A DNA stretch of 64,000 bases from positions 54,772 to 118,771 of the forward strand of contig CBDUMD010000002.1 in NCBI GenBank assembly GCA_965368245.1. The letters are read 5' to 3'. Under the pieces are notes generated by a model, which saw nothing but the letters and a program-made list of their open reading frames with translations, searched no databases and was not told where the DNA came from. Made by a program: the position numbers and the translations under genes. Of this stretch, positions 36,869-47,062 are shown one piece after another. Within the stretch, counting starts at the first letter, position 1; the number at the start of each line of letters is the position of its first letter. This DNA comes from an uncultured Thermoproteales archaeon. Its GTDB lineage: Archaea; Thermoproteota; Thermoprotei; Thermofilales; B20-G17.

Positions 36869-37914
36869 CTTAATCTAAGCTTCTTTCTGAACTTAACATA
36901 TAAACCGTAATCAATTACTTTTCTTTTTTCTATTAACTTCGAAAGTAGGGGGGCTAGGTTGCGTTTTCTTTCTATCCCATCTGTAACCTTGATACTGAAT
37001 GCATCTGAGCCGGCACCGCTTCCAAAAGACGCCAGAAAAATCCTATCTCCCGGCTTGGCGACATCCAGTACCGCCACTAAACCTAGGGGAGACGAGCCTG
37101 CATAGGCGTTACCTATAATTGGTGAAAGAAGGCCTGGCTTTATTTGTTCTGTTGTGAAACCAAGTCTTTTAGCTACTCGTACCGGAAACTTAACGTTAGG
37201 TTGATGGAAAACCGCGTACTTGAAATCTTGTGGTTTTAGGCCCGTTTCCTCGAAAAGTAGTTTACTAGCGTTAACGATATGACGGAAATAGGCTGGAGCG
37301 CCAGTAAACCTATGTGCGTGACGGGGGTAGTGTTCATCTTCTCTCCTCCAGAAGTCAGGGGTATCGGTGACGTAGGATGCTGAAGCCTCTATCTCCGCTA
37401 GAGAGTTGTATGGATCCGAGCCAACTATAAATGCTGCAGCCCCGCAACCAGTAGTGTATTCAAGCTGGTCGCCTGGCCTCCCCTGAGAAGTATCTGCTCC
37501 AACCGCTACCCCATATTCTATCATTCCCGAGGCTACCAGACCCATAATACATTGAAGTGCTGTTGTTCCCGCCCGACAAGCAAACTCCATGTCTACTGCC
37601 AGTATATGAGGTGTTGTCCCTATGGCCTCTGCAATAATAGTAGATGTTGGTTTTACGGCATAGGGTTTACTTTCTGTTCCGGTGAAGATTGCCCCTATTT
37701 TTCTGGGGTCTATTTCCGCTCTTCTAAGAGCAAACTTTACGGCCTCTACTGACATTGTTGCTACATCTTCGTCCGGAGCTACTACTGCTTTTTCTTTGAT
37801 AGGTGTATTAGCCGGATTAACCCCCCATATTCTTGCAATATCTTCGTCGCTAACCCTGTATAATGGAACATAACCTCCATATCCAGATATGAAGACATGT
37901 TTCGATGGTTTCAT
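36865..37914 (-). CDS. hydroxymethylglutaryl-CoA synthase
   Basis: 349 aa with [10 protein letters not shown] (catalytic Cys), VFHQPN (His) and GNAYAGS. There is a 4-nt overlap with the thiolase ORF. Confidence 0.9.
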   Translation of the reverse strand: MKPSKHVFISGYGGYVPLYRVSDEDIARIWGVNPANTPIKEKAVVAPDEDVATMSVEAVKFALRRAEIDPRKIGAIFTGTESKPYAVKPTSTIIAEAIGTTPHILAVDMEFACRAGTTALQCIMGLVASGMIEYGVAVGADTSQGRPGDQLEYTTGCGAAAFIVGSDPYNSLAEIEASASYVTDTPDFWRREDEHYPRHAHRFTGAPAYFRHIVNASKLLFEETGLKPQDFKYAVFHQPNVKFPVRVAKRLGFTTEQIKPGLLSPIIGNAYAGSSPLGLVAVLDVAKPGDRIFLASFGSGAGSDAFSIKVTDGIERKRNLAPLLSKLIEKRKVIDYGLYVKFRKKLRLR

Positions 37915-38017
37915 TTGAAAACCTCAAACCCACACTCTAAACCCTTAAAATAAAAATTTTTCCGTTTTCCGTCGATCATATTTTCGTCTTACGACGAACT
38001 AAGGTAAACTATTGCTT

Positions 38018-38740
38018 TTACTTATTTTTCCGGCGGAAATACATGTATTCCTCGAAAATTTTATCGCCCGAGCTACTTCCCAACCTGTCGGCGCCTAGAG
38101 CTATAAGTATAGCTGCATCGACGAAGTTCCTTATGCCACCTGCCGCCTTTATCTTAACTTTATCTCCGACAGCCTTCCTTATAATAAATACATCGTGGGG
38201 ACGCACTTTGCCTAAAATCCCTGTATTAGTTTTAACGAAATCGGCTCCAGCGTCTGCAACCAGCTGTGCCGCCTTTATAATTTCCTCCTCCCCGAGAAGG
38301 GCGGTCTCGATTATAACTTTTATTAAGGCTCCATTTCTATGAACTATTTCACTTAGTTTAGAAATCTCTGAAAACACGCTGTCGTATCTTTTTGTCTTGA
38401 ACTCAGAAACATTCATAACGACATCTATTTCTTCTGCCCCGTTTTCTAGGGCCTTTTTTACCATCTGAATCTTAACGTCTGTATCCTCAAAACCTAGAGG
38501 GAAGGCTACTACAGTGCAGGCTTTTACGCCGCTTCCTTCCAGAATCCTGCTTGCTATTTTAAGCCAGCAGGGTGGTACAACACATGCTGCAAAACCATAT
38601 TTTATGGCTTCATCACAAACCCTTTTTACATCACTGTACGTGGCATCGGGTTTCAGTATAGTGTGATCTATTTTCTTAGCAAAGTCTTCGGGTCTCAGTC
38701 CAGCTATACTTTGAATCAGTTCACCTAACGTTGCGTACAT
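38018..38740 (-). CDS. deoC: deoxyribose-phosphate aldolase
   Basis: IDHTILKP, VVAFPLG, VIIET, FVKTNTG (Schiff-base Lys region), IKAAGGIR. Confidence 0.85.
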   Translation of the reverse strand: MYATLGELIQSIAGLRPEDFAKKIDHTILKPDATYSDVKRVCDEAIKYGFAACVVPPCWLKIASRILEGSGVKACTVVAFPLGFEDTDVKIQMVKKALENGAEEIDVVMNVSEFKTKRYDSVFSEISKLSEIVHRNGALIKVIIETALLGEEEIIKAAQLVADAGADFVKTNTGILGKVRPHDVFIIRKAVGDKVKIKAAGGIRNFVDAAILIALGADRLGSSSGDKIFEEYMYFRRKNK

Positions 38741-38815
38741 GAATGTAATATATTCCTAAGAGCTAATAAAAATCTGTGCATCCTGCTGGTTTTAAAGGAA
38801 GTTTTACAGGGGGAT

Positions 38816-40048
38816 TTAACCTTCAATTTTCGGGCGTTCACTGTATCCTTTTCTTACGGTTGCTAGAAAAACGAGTATTAATGTTAATTGTATTAACTGC
38901 ATGTAACTCCAAAAGCCAAACATCGAGTGGAATCCCTGTGAGTCAATTATTATCCCGGAAACAATGCTTGATACGAAGGCTCCAAGCGATCCTGCTGAAT
39001 TAATTATACCGGTAGCTAATGAAGAGTACTTTCGACCGATTATTGTGACGGGAATAGTCGACACTATCTGTGACTCGAGACCGTACAATATGAAGCTTAG
39101 TATTGCTAGTAGGAGGGTTCCAGCAATTTTCACATGTTCATAGTATACGGGAAATGAGTTTAGAGAAAACGCTATGATAGGGATTAGTAGCACCATTAAC
39201 AGTGTTTTTCCATAGATGCTTAATTTGTCGAATAGCCAGCCGAAAAACAACATGCCTAAGCTTCCTGAAAAAGGAAATATTATCATTGTGAATATCGATG
39301 ACATGGAAGCCTGTTCAACATTATATAGGTATGAAGGTAAGTAGATTATCAACGCATATCTAACAGCATATTCGATGGAGTATACTAGAGATAGAATGGA
39401 TATTGTAGCTACGCTCCATTTAAGTGAAAAAAGTCCATCTAGTTCCTTATGTTTTGGGAAGCCCTTGCCAGTGGTACCTACTATCACTAAATCGCCAGTA
39501 AATCTAAATAAATATACAGCCGGGATCATGCCAATCAGTAGAAAAATAAAACCGTTAATGATAAAACCAAACCTCCATCCGTAGTATGTAGCCAGGATGC
39601 CTGTAAACAACCATGAGATTACATGGCCTAGAGCCCAGCTAGTGTTAACAATTCCATATCCCTTGCCCATCTCCCTGCTACTTAACGTAAATGAGATGAT
39701 TTTTACGAGTGAAGGCCAGCCTGTGGACTGGAAGTATCCATTTATAAGCCAAAGAATCAAAAAGAAGGTAAAGTGGTTGCTTAGCCCAAAGAGGATCGTA
39801 GAAATGCTGGATCCAACGATACCTATGAATATTATTATCCATGGATTATACTTGACGCCAAGGTAGCCGTTCAATACTTGGCCTATAGAATATAATATAA
39901 AAAACCCTGAGGCGATGACCCCTAGGCTGGTGAACGTGATCCCGGTTTCACTGTTTATGTAGGGAAGAGCAACCGAATAATTAACCCTACATAAGTAGAA
40001 TGAAGCATAGACGATCCACATGGTAACGATGATTTTCAGGGATCTCAT
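38816..40048 (-). CDS. MFS transporter
   Basis: 410 aa with about 12 TM helices and a 6+6 arrangement around a central loop. Confidence 0.7.
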   Translation of the reverse strand: MRSLKIIVTMWIVYASFYLCRVNYSVALPYINSETGITFTSLGVIASGFFILYSIGQVLNGYLGVKYNPWIIIFIGIVGSSISTILFGLSNHFTFFLILWLINGYFQSTGWPSLVKIISFTLSSREMGKGYGIVNTSWALGHVISWLFTGILATYYGWRFGFIINGFIFLLIGMIPAVYLFRFTGDLVIVGTTGKGFPKHKELDGLFSLKWSVATISILSLVYSIEYAVRYALIIYLPSYLYNVEQASMSSIFTMIIFPFSGSLGMLFFGWLFDKLSIYGKTLLMVLLIPIIAFSLNSFPVYYEHVKIAGTLLLAILSFILYGLESQIVSTIPVTIIGRKYSSLATGIINSAGSLGAFVSSIVSGIIIDSQGFHSMFGFWSYMQLIQLTLILVFLATVRKGYSERPKIEG

Positions 40049-40171
40049 AGAGCTCTCCGTTAGGCTATTATTTTAATTATATTAACAAAATAGTTGACAT
40101 TTACCTTTATTAAAGTAGAGGGATGTGTTTACGATAAATAAATATTCTATGGTTGGTTAACTAGATTTAAA

Positions 40172-41533
40172 ATGGGTAAAGTTAAAAGGAGGATAAAGTT
40201 TCTTCCACCCTTGAGAAGAGGAAAGAATGTAGCAGTAATATTTTATTATAATAACTGGAACAAAAATAGCATCAACGCCTTAATCTCGTCTATAGATCAG
40301 CACCTAGGTTATGTATCGATATACTTGATCGAGGGGGGTCTTAAGGACCTGCTTTCCTCCGTAAGGATGCTTTTAAATAAGTATGAGCGTTTGATCGTCT
40401 GCTTCAGTTTCATGACAACATATCTTGCATTGAATTACATTCATCTTAAAAACATCTTAAAACAGGTTAAAAACGAGAAAGTTCTACTTGTTGCTGGTGG
40501 CCCCCACCCTTCTGGAGATCCATGGGGAACGCTGGAGTTGGGGTTCGATTACGTGGTTTTAGGCGAAGGCGAAAAAACCTTGGTTGAATTATTGAGGGTT
40601 CTTGTAGAGAAAGGTGACGTGCTGGATGTTAAGGGACTTGCTTTTCTGGATAATGGTGTTTGCGTAACAACAGGTCGTAGACGCTTCATAGACATAAATC
40701 AATACTCTCCATTTCCTTTCTGGAGGGGGTTATTGAGCCCAATAGAAATTGCTAGGGGCTGTCCTTATGCATGTACTTTTTGTCAAGTCTCCTTCCTCCA
40801 CGGCGGTGTTCCCAGGTACCGTACAGTTGAAAATATATTATTATACGCTGAGACAGCTTTTTCATTTGGAGTCAAGGATCTTCGGTTCATATCTCCCAAT
40901 GCACTTGGATATGGTTCCTCTCCCTACGAGAAATCCCCAAACATATATTCCCTATACGAACTATTGTCGAAGCTCCGTCAGCTAGCGGACAAATATTCTG
41001 GAAGAATATTTTTCGGTAGTTTCCCTAGTGAAGTTCGTCCAGAGTTTGTCTGTGAAGATGCATTAGAAATTTTGAGAAAGAATGTGGATAATAGGCGGCT
41101 TGTAATAGGGGCACAGAGTGGTAGCGACGAAGTGCTTAGAAAATTGAATAGAGGACATACCGTCGAAGACGTATTGCATGCAGTTAAAATAGCTATGAAC
41201 TATGGCTTTAAAGTGGATGTTGATTTCATTTTCGGCCTACCCTTTGAGGAAAAAGAGGATGTTTTAGAAACCTTGAATACGATAAGGAAGTTGATTGACC
41301 TTGGGGCTAAAATACATGCACATGTTTTCCTGCCGCTACCTGGAACACCCTTAAGCGATTTTTCTACACGGGAGTTGGAGCCGTCACTAAAAAAGGAGAT
41401 TTTCAAGTTAATTGGTAAGGGAATGCTTTTCGGCGATTGGATGAAACAGGAAAAACTAGCAAAGATCATTCAAGACATGCGGGAAAAACAGCTCATACGA
41501 ACCAACTACACGCTAAAAGTTTTTAAGGGTTAG
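40172..41533 (+). CDS. B12-binding-domain radical SAM protein
   Basis: N-terminal Rossmann-like LLVAGGPHPSGDP...VVLGEGE and the radical SAM motif ARGCPYACTFCQV. Confidence 0.75.
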   Translation: MGKVKRRIKFLPPLRRGKNVAVIFYYNNWNKNSINALISSIDQHLGYVSIYLIEGGLKDLLSSVRMLLNKYERLIVCFSFMTTYLALNYIHLKNILKQVKNEKVLLVAGGPHPSGDPWGTLELGFDYVVLGEGEKTLVELLRVLVEKGDVLDVKGLAFLDNGVCVTTGRRRFIDINQYSPFPFWRGLLSPIEIARGCPYACTFCQVSFLHGGVPRYRTVENILLYAETAFSFGVKDLRFISPNALGYGSSPYEKSPNIYSLYELLSKLRQLADKYSGRIFFGSFPSEVRPEFVCEDALEILRKNVDNRRLVIGAQSGSDEVLRKLNRGHTVEDVLHAVKIAMNYGFKVDVDFIFGLPFEEKEDVLETLNTIRKLIDLGAKIHAHVFLPLPGTPLSDFSTRELEPSLKKEIFKLIGKGMLFGDWMKQEKLAKIIQDMREKQLIRTNYTLKVFKG

Positions 41534-41649
41534 GGGGTGTCATTTCGCGGTAATCATTTCATTAGTCAATAGGGGGCAAGTTCTCATCATCCGCCCCCTG
41601 AAGTCTACAATATTATTTACTTCTTTAAATATTTGTCGCAAATTAATAG

Positions 41650-42150
41650 TTGAATTTATATCGGTTCATGTACAATTATTTCCTGTTTCATATGATGCCA
41701 AAAGAATATTGGAAAAAACCTCCGCGGATAAAGGTTCTTGAAGCACTAGGCTGTATCGCCGATGGAAGAATAAAGTTTATCTCAGATAAGGTTGCTCAAG
41801 TTACTAGTTCGACAGGCGAACGTGTATATGATGTAAAGTGGGATGGAGAGCGTAGAATATTTTCTAACGATAATGGCTCAATATATAGAGGTTATTTAGG
41901 TTACCCGAGTATTGCTTTCCTAATGGTAAAAGGGGTTTTACCGTTCGATGAGCGTTTAGCGGAGGCTCTTAGGGGAATTCCCTGGAAAATTTTAAACGAG
42001 AAATATAAGCGTTATTTCATAGTGGAAAAAATAGTGAAGAGTAAAGTCAAGAAGAAGGGGATTTCAGAAGAGTATGTTGATAAGTTTATAGAACATGTCC
42101 TAGAGAAGATTACTGAACTGAAACTACTTAAATACGTTGAGGAGAGCTGA
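41650..42150 (+). CDS. hypothetical protein
   Basis: 166-aa ORF. The start is more likely the Met of MPKEYWKK. No motif recognised. Confidence 0.4.
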   Translation: MNLYRFMYNYFLFHMMPKEYWKKPPRIKVLEALGCIADGRIKFISDKVAQVTSSTGERVYDVKWDGERRIFSNDNGSIYRGYLGYPSIAFLMVKGVLPFDERLAEALRGIPWKILNEKYKRYFIVEKIVKSKVKKKGISEEYVDKFIEHVLEKITELKLLKYVEES

Positions 42151-42155
42151 TAAAA

Positions 42156-43511
42156 ATGCTATCGATTCCAATAAATATTGGCTTTAATGTAGACTGGAAT
42201 CTTCTGACAGGAATGGTAATAAGTTTTCTTGTAGGAGCTCTTATGGGGCTTGAAAGAGAGAAGGCTAGGATAAGTCCTAGGACGGATGAACGGAGCTTAG
42301 AAACACCTGGTGTACGCAGCTTCGGTTTCATATCTCTCTTAGGGTATTTTACAACAATTTTTCCAAGCTACTTTAATGCTTCTCAAAGTGAGATAATCCC
42401 CCATATCTTTCCATTGCTGATAGCTTTTCTAACAATAGTTATAATATCTCTTTACGGCTACTACAAGATCCTTGTACTAAAAGAACCCGGGATAACAACA
42501 TTAGTTGCCTTAGTGTTAGCATACATTATAGGTTCAATGGTCGGTTTCGGGCTTCTTCTAGAAAGTGTAGCCATAAGTATTTTTGCCACGTTCATGTTGG
42601 CTATAAAACTTAGTATTGAAAAGATAATAAAGGGATTCACCTATAAAGAACTCCTCTCTGCACTAGAAATAGGCATTATAGTCTTCCTTGTCGGCCCCTT
42701 CTTTTTAACCACAGAAACAACAATCTGGATCATAAACTTAAAGGTGCTTTACACATTCTTCGTCATAATATTGGTGTTATCGTACATCGGCTACATTCTA
42801 GTTAAGGTTCTCGGATATTCTGCTATAGACTACTTTGCGTTTTTTGGAGGGCTTGTCCATAGTGAGGCAACTATTGTTAGTATCGGAAGAATGGTTGGTG
42901 CAACCAAGGCACGTAATCTCCTCCTCAGGGGTTCACTATTGACTTCGCTTGCCATGATTACCCGCAACACGTTTATTTTGCTTGGTTTAGGATACGCTAC
43001 ACCAGAACTCTTAGACAAGGGCTTTCCTTTCTATTATATATTCATAGCAGTACTTCCTCCAATAATTATAGGATCATTTCTCGTAACAGTTCTTGAGGTT
43101 GGAGATGAAGCCAGTGAAATCGACTTTAGACCAGTTGCCCAGAAACCCATAAGCTACTCAACTGCATTTAAGGCTATAGGTGTATTTCTCTTGATACTGG
43201 TGTTTACAGCACTTTTTACCTCAATTACAGGTTCCTGGGGTTCCCTGCTCTCAGCTATTTTAGGGGGACTTGTAAGCTCTGAAGCTGTAATATTTTCTTC
43301 TTTCAGTCTAATGGTTGGAGGAATAATTTCTCCTAGAGTAATGTTAGCCTCGAGTCTAATAGCTACAGCTATAGCACTATTAAATAAGGGTCTCTTTCTT
43401 AGGGCATGTAGTATAAGAGGTAAACTGCTTAGGGATGTTGTACTTTACCACCTTATTATATCACTTCCCTTATTCGTGTTTTCAGCAGCCTTCCTTCAAA
43501 ACATTATATAG
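42156..43511 (+). CDS. MgtC/SapB-family membrane protein with DUF4010-like extension
   Basis: N-terminal VGALMGLEREKA...GVRSFG follows the MgtC pattern. About 10 further TM helices follow. Confidence 0.6.
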   Translation: MLSIPINIGFNVDWNLLTGMVISFLVGALMGLEREKARISPRTDERSLETPGVRSFGFISLLGYFTTIFPSYFNASQSEIIPHIFPLLIAFLTIVIISLYGYYKILVLKEPGITTLVALVLAYIIGSMVGFGLLLESVAISIFATFMLAIKLSIEKIIKGFTYKELLSALEIGIIVFLVGPFFLTTETTIWIINLKVLYTFFVIILVLSYIGYILVKVLGYSAIDYFAFFGGLVHSEATIVSIGRMVGATKARNLLLRGSLLTSLAMITRNTFILLGLGYATPELLDKGFPFYYIFIAVLPPIIIGSFLVTVLEVGDEASEIDFRPVAQKPISYSTAFKAIGVFLLILVFTALFTSITGSWGSLLSAILGGLVSSEAVIFSSFSLMVGGIISPRVMLASSLIATAIALLNKGLFLRACSIRGKLLRDVVLYHLIISLPLFVFSAAFLQNII

Positions 43512-43580
43512 CGAGAAACCGATCCTAGACCATAAATTTTTAAATTAAATACGTGTAAAAGGATTCCACTGGAAGGGAGG

Positions 43581-44501
43581 TTGACGTATTTGGAGGGTAA
43601 ATGGCGTTGGATCATAGAATGGTTAACTCCAGAAGATGCTCATTTATGGCACATTAAGAAAATAATATTTCAAGGTGAGACCGAGTTCCAGAAAGTTGAT
43701 ATAATTGAAACGAGATTCGGAAAACATCTTCTATTAGATGGAAAAACCCAGTCGACGGAAAAAGATGAATACATCTACCATGAAGCACTCGTTCACCCAA
43801 TAATGTTCACCCATCCCGACCCGCGTAAGATACTCATACTTGGAGGAGGCGAGGGAGCCACGTTAAGAGAAGTTCTGAAACATAAAACCGTCACACACAT
43901 AACTATGGTTGACATAGATAAGAAGCTCATAGAACTGTGTCAACAATACCTCTATGAATGGCATAGAGGATCCTTCCAAGACCCTAAGGTCAAATTGAAG
44001 TTCACAGATGGCAGAAGATTCCTCGAAGAGGAGGAAGATTCCCAATATGATGTAATTATATTGGATTTAACAGACCCCACAAGGGACAGCCCTTCAGCTA
44101 GACTTTATACAAAGGAGTTTTACACCCTTGTTTTCAAGACCTTAAAGGATGACGGGATGATGGTTACTCAAGCTACCTCAGTCCGCTATACAACCGATGT
44201 TTTCGCTACGCTATACAAAACGATTAAAACGGTTTTTCCGATAGCAAGGGCGTATGGAGTTTTCGTTCCAGCTTTTCTTTCTGATTGGGGGTTTGTAATA
44301 GGATCCAAAAAGTACGATCCCCTACAGATCGATAGGAATGTTTTGAAGAAAAGGATTGAAGCAAGGCTTAACGGCGAACTAAAGTATTATGATGAAGACT
44401 TACACTACGCGCTTTTTATCTTCGGTAAGGATATTAAAGAAGTCCTAAAGAAAACACACAGGGTATCTACGGATAATGACCCAGTTTATATGCCTATATA
44501 A
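43581..44501 (+). CDS. speE: polyamine aminopropyltransferase (spermidine synthase)
   Basis: LLLDG..Q..E.DE.IYHE, ILGGGEGATLREVLKH, VDID, ILDLTDP. Confidence 0.85.
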   Translation: MTYLEGKWRWIIEWLTPEDAHLWHIKKIIFQGETEFQKVDIIETRFGKHLLLDGKTQSTEKDEYIYHEALVHPIMFTHPDPRKILILGGGEGATLREVLKHKTVTHITMVDIDKKLIELCQQYLYEWHRGSFQDPKVKLKFTDGRRFLEEEEDSQYDVIILDLTDPTRDSPSARLYTKEFYTLVFKTLKDDGMMVTQATSVRYTTDVFATLYKTIKTVFPIARAYGVFVPAFLSDWGFVIGSKKYDPLQIDRNVLKKRIEARLNGELKYYDEDLHYALFIFGKDIKEVLKKTHRVSTDNDPVYMPI

Positions 44502-44519
44502 CTATGTATTGTTAACCCG

Positions 44520-44783
44520 GTGGTGGAAGAATTGTGGAAAATCATATTCTCGTTGATTATTGGAATGCTCTTAGGATACTTTTTTAGGGAGAAAACTAAA
44601 ATAAACCTAGAGAAAGTAGTATCAGCCATAGCACTTATATTAATTTTCCTTATAGGCTTTAGAGTATCATCTAACGGACTACTGTTTTTAGCAGGCTACA
44701 CGTACCAAGCTTTTATAGTAGCCATTTTTTCTATTATTTTAAGTTTCATATTCGCTCTTCTCTTTGAGGGTGAATATCGTTGA
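44520..44783 (+). CDS. LysO/DUF340-family membrane protein, small N-terminal part (split gene arrangement)
   Basis: 87 aa with 3 TM helices. It overlaps the next ORF by 4 nt. Together the two resemble a full-length LysO-type exporter. Confidence 0.5.
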   Translation: MVEELWKIIFSLIIGMLLGYFFREKTKINLEKVVSAIALILIFLIGFRVSSNGLLFLAGYTYQAFIVAIFSIILSFIFALLFEGEYR

Positions 44784-45376
44784 CCCCTTGGTATATACTC
44801 ATTGCATTTATTTTGGGAGTAATATATGGTCTGTTCGGCACCCTTCCACTAAATATAGTGGAAAACGTTATTGAGGGATCTCTTCTTCTAATGGTCTTCA
44901 TAGTAGGCTTTGAAGCGGCAAAAATGCTGAAAAAGAGCGGCTTTTTGACTATCTTGAGAGCAGGGCTACGGTTAACAGTGGCCACCATTATAGGTAGTGC
45001 GATGGGGGGTTTCTTCGCAGCCCTTATACTTGGCCTTGAACCTAGACTAGGTTTAGCCATTGCATTGGGTATGGGCTGGTATTCGATGGCGGGGCCTCTT
45101 CTTATGGAGGCTGTAGACGTAGAGACAGGGGTCCTTGGTTTTCTAGCTAATTTTCTTAGAGAAATCTTAACCTTTCTTTTTTATCCCTACTTGGCGAAGA
45201 AGTTCAGCGCCAAAGCAAGTATAACTGTTGCTGGTGCAACATCTATGGATACAACCCTACCCGTGATAATATATTCCGGCGGTAGCAAGATTGCAACAAT
45301 AGCTCTGGTACATGGCTTTTTAACAACTTTGCTCGCCCCCCTGTTAATTGAACTCGCCCTTCTTCTCCCTCCATAA
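44780..45376 (+). CDS. LysO/DUF340-family membrane protein, large part
   Basis: LGLAIALGMGWYSMAGPLL...GFLANFLREILTFLFYPYLAK matches the DUF340 pattern as I recall it. Confidence 0.6.
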   Translation: MTPWYILIAFILGVIYGLFGTLPLNIVENVIEGSLLLMVFIVGFEAAKMLKKSGFLTILRAGLRLTVATIIGSAMGGFFAALILGLEPRLGLAIALGMGWYSMAGPLLMEAVDVETGVLGFLANFLREILTFLFYPYLAKKFSAKASITVAGATSMDTTLPVIIYSGGSKIATIALVHGFLTTLLAPLLIELALLLPP

Positions 45377-45492
45377 AAGTTTTATTTTTGAATGCTGTAA
45401 AAATATCGCCGGCAGGGTCACGTCCACGACAGCCCCGGACGGGGTATTGGATGAATGGACGGCCGCTTCCTACACTTTTATTTAAGGTGCTT

Positions 45493-45816
45493 TCATGGTG
45501 AAGGATCTTCTTCCATCAATCTTCTAATAAAAACTGTGCTTAAAACAAAATATCGTTGTTTTCCATCCGCTATAAGCTTAATACCCTTTTCTTCAAGTCT
45601 AGTTAGAGGAATTTTTTCTAAAAGCTTCTCGAGTTTATCGTATTCAGGTGTGGGAAGAAAATACCGGAATAAGGCGTTCACTTCGACCCGTACATTCCTT
45701 TGATTGGTAAGAGATGTTAGCGTCAATATTCTTTTCCCATGTTTCTGTAAATATCGTTTCAATGTATTAACTAGAATATTTATTTCATCCAATTCGCCTT
45801 TGATACCCCTCTCCAT
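45493..45816 (-). CDS. hypothetical protein
   Basis: 107-aa ORF. No motif recognised. Confidence 0.4.
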   Translation of the reverse strand: MERGIKGELDEINILVNTLKRYLQKHGKRILTLTSLTNQRNVRVEVNALFRYFLPTPEYDKLEKLLEKIPLTRLEEKGIKLIADGKQRYFVLSTVFIRRLMEEDPSP

Positions 45817-46004
45817 AATAATCCTCCTCTATTTTTAGAAACTTGTATTGTTTTTGTCTTTTGATACGGAACCCGAATCCTATTCTAGTGTCATTTGTCC
45901 CTGTAGATCCCTACCTTTAAGATGGAGAGAAATTTAGAGGATAAATATATATCCTTATACAAATTAATTACTAACGTACAAATAGTGGAAGTGGGTGAAA
46001 ATTT

Positions 46005-46376
46005 ATGTCTGGTGAGATTAAGGTTTGGAGGAGTAAAATTGCGCCCACCACACGGGGAGCAATTTTCAGGGCAAAACGATGGTTCTATGCCACGTTCTTT
46101 AGTAAAGCACCAGAGGATAAACGTGAAGCATCTAAAAGAAACTGGACTCAACTAGCCAGAAAACTTGTGGAAGAAACCAATAAAGAAGGGGTTTCCGACA
46201 AAGGTGGCCGAGTAATAATATATTATAAGGATGAGGACGGAGTCTTTACGCCCATAAGAGCGGAAGTTGAAGTCTACGTCCTTGAGCCGATAAAAACAAT
46301 AACTGTACCTTTCACCGAAGGATCCGAAACATCGGAAAACATATCTGAAGTGGAGGCGGAGATTGAAGAAGAGTAG
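46005..46376 (+). CDS. hypothetical protein with acidic C-terminus
   Basis: 123-aa ORF with GGTGA 8 nt upstream of the ATG and the acidic tail SEVEAEIEEE. Confidence 0.45.
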   Translation: MSGEIKVWRSKIAPTTRGAIFRAKRWFYATFFSKAPEDKREASKRNWTQLARKLVEETNKEGVSDKGGRVIIYYKDEDGVFTPIRAEVEVYVLEPIKTITVPFTEGSETSENISEVEAEIEEE

Positions 46377-46379
46377 ACA

Positions 46380-46598
46380 TTACTTTGTCTTCCATCTTTT
46401 TTGGAAAAGAAATCCATATATTAAGGTTAATACGAAAAGCATCATCACGAGCAATATAAAAAGAATTTTCATCTGGCTATAAGTTAATGTATTAGTTCTT
46501 TGAATATAACCCCACATCAAATATATTATTGTGGCACATGAAACTATCAAAATCAAGTTTAATGCTCCTATCCAATGTTTTTCCTTTTTCTCAGACAC
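46380..46598 (-). CDS. small membrane protein
   Basis: 72 aa with two hydrophobic helices. Confidence 0.35.
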   Translation of the reverse strand: MSEKKEKHWIGALNLILIVSCATIIYLMWGYIQRTNTLTYSQMKILFILLVMMLFVLTLIYGFLFQKRWKTK

Positions 46599-46776
46599 GA
46601 TTACTACACCAACCTCTTTTAGAGGTGGCTTAATTTAAATATTATTTTAACGTAACCACGCCTCTAAAAATATTGAGGGTCTATTTTGTTGAACAGGGGT
46701 TATTCCTCATGCTAGCTACCGGGGAACCGGTTTTCGATAAAAATAAATATCCATAACCAGAAAAATTCGGGGGATA

Positions 46777-47046
46777 ATGATGAGGCGTACACCACGTTCA
46801 AGGAAGCTTAGGAGAGTTTATGTACGAACTCCGGGAGGACGCACAGTGGTACACTATGAAAAGAGGAAACATGATGTACCTAAATGCGCCATATGCAAAC
46901 GTCCCTTAAACGGATTCCCTAAACTTAGGACAAAGGATCTCAGGAAAGGCCATAGACCCCCTTCAAGGATTTTTGGAGGCTACTTGTGTCATCAATGTTT
47001 AGAGAAGTTCATTGTAGAAAAAGTCATTTCATCTTATCAGAAGTAG
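46777..47046 (+). CDS. rpl34e: 50S ribosomal protein L34e
   Basis: RRVYVRTPGGRTVVHYEKRK...CAICKRPLNG...RPPSRIFGGYLCHQC. Confidence 0.9.
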   Translation: MMRRTPRSRKLRRVYVRTPGGRTVVHYEKRKHDVPKCAICKRPLNGFPKLRTKDLRKGHRPPSRIFGGYLCHQCLEKFIVEKVISSYQK

Positions 47047-47062
47047 CCAGAGATGCAGAGGG

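Noticed and set aside
41571-41599. 7-bp GC stem (AGGGGGC...GCCCCCT) with a 15-nt loop downstream of the B12-radical SAM gene
   Set aside because: It is a single isolated hairpin with no T-tract and no partner motif. That is not enough to call a terminator or an RNA gene.
45891-46155. Two overlapping 77- and 86-aa ORFs upstream of and overlapping the 123-aa gene
   Set aside because: They are mutually exclusive with each other and with the better-supported ORF at 46005, which has a GGTGA SD. Their products have implausible composition.
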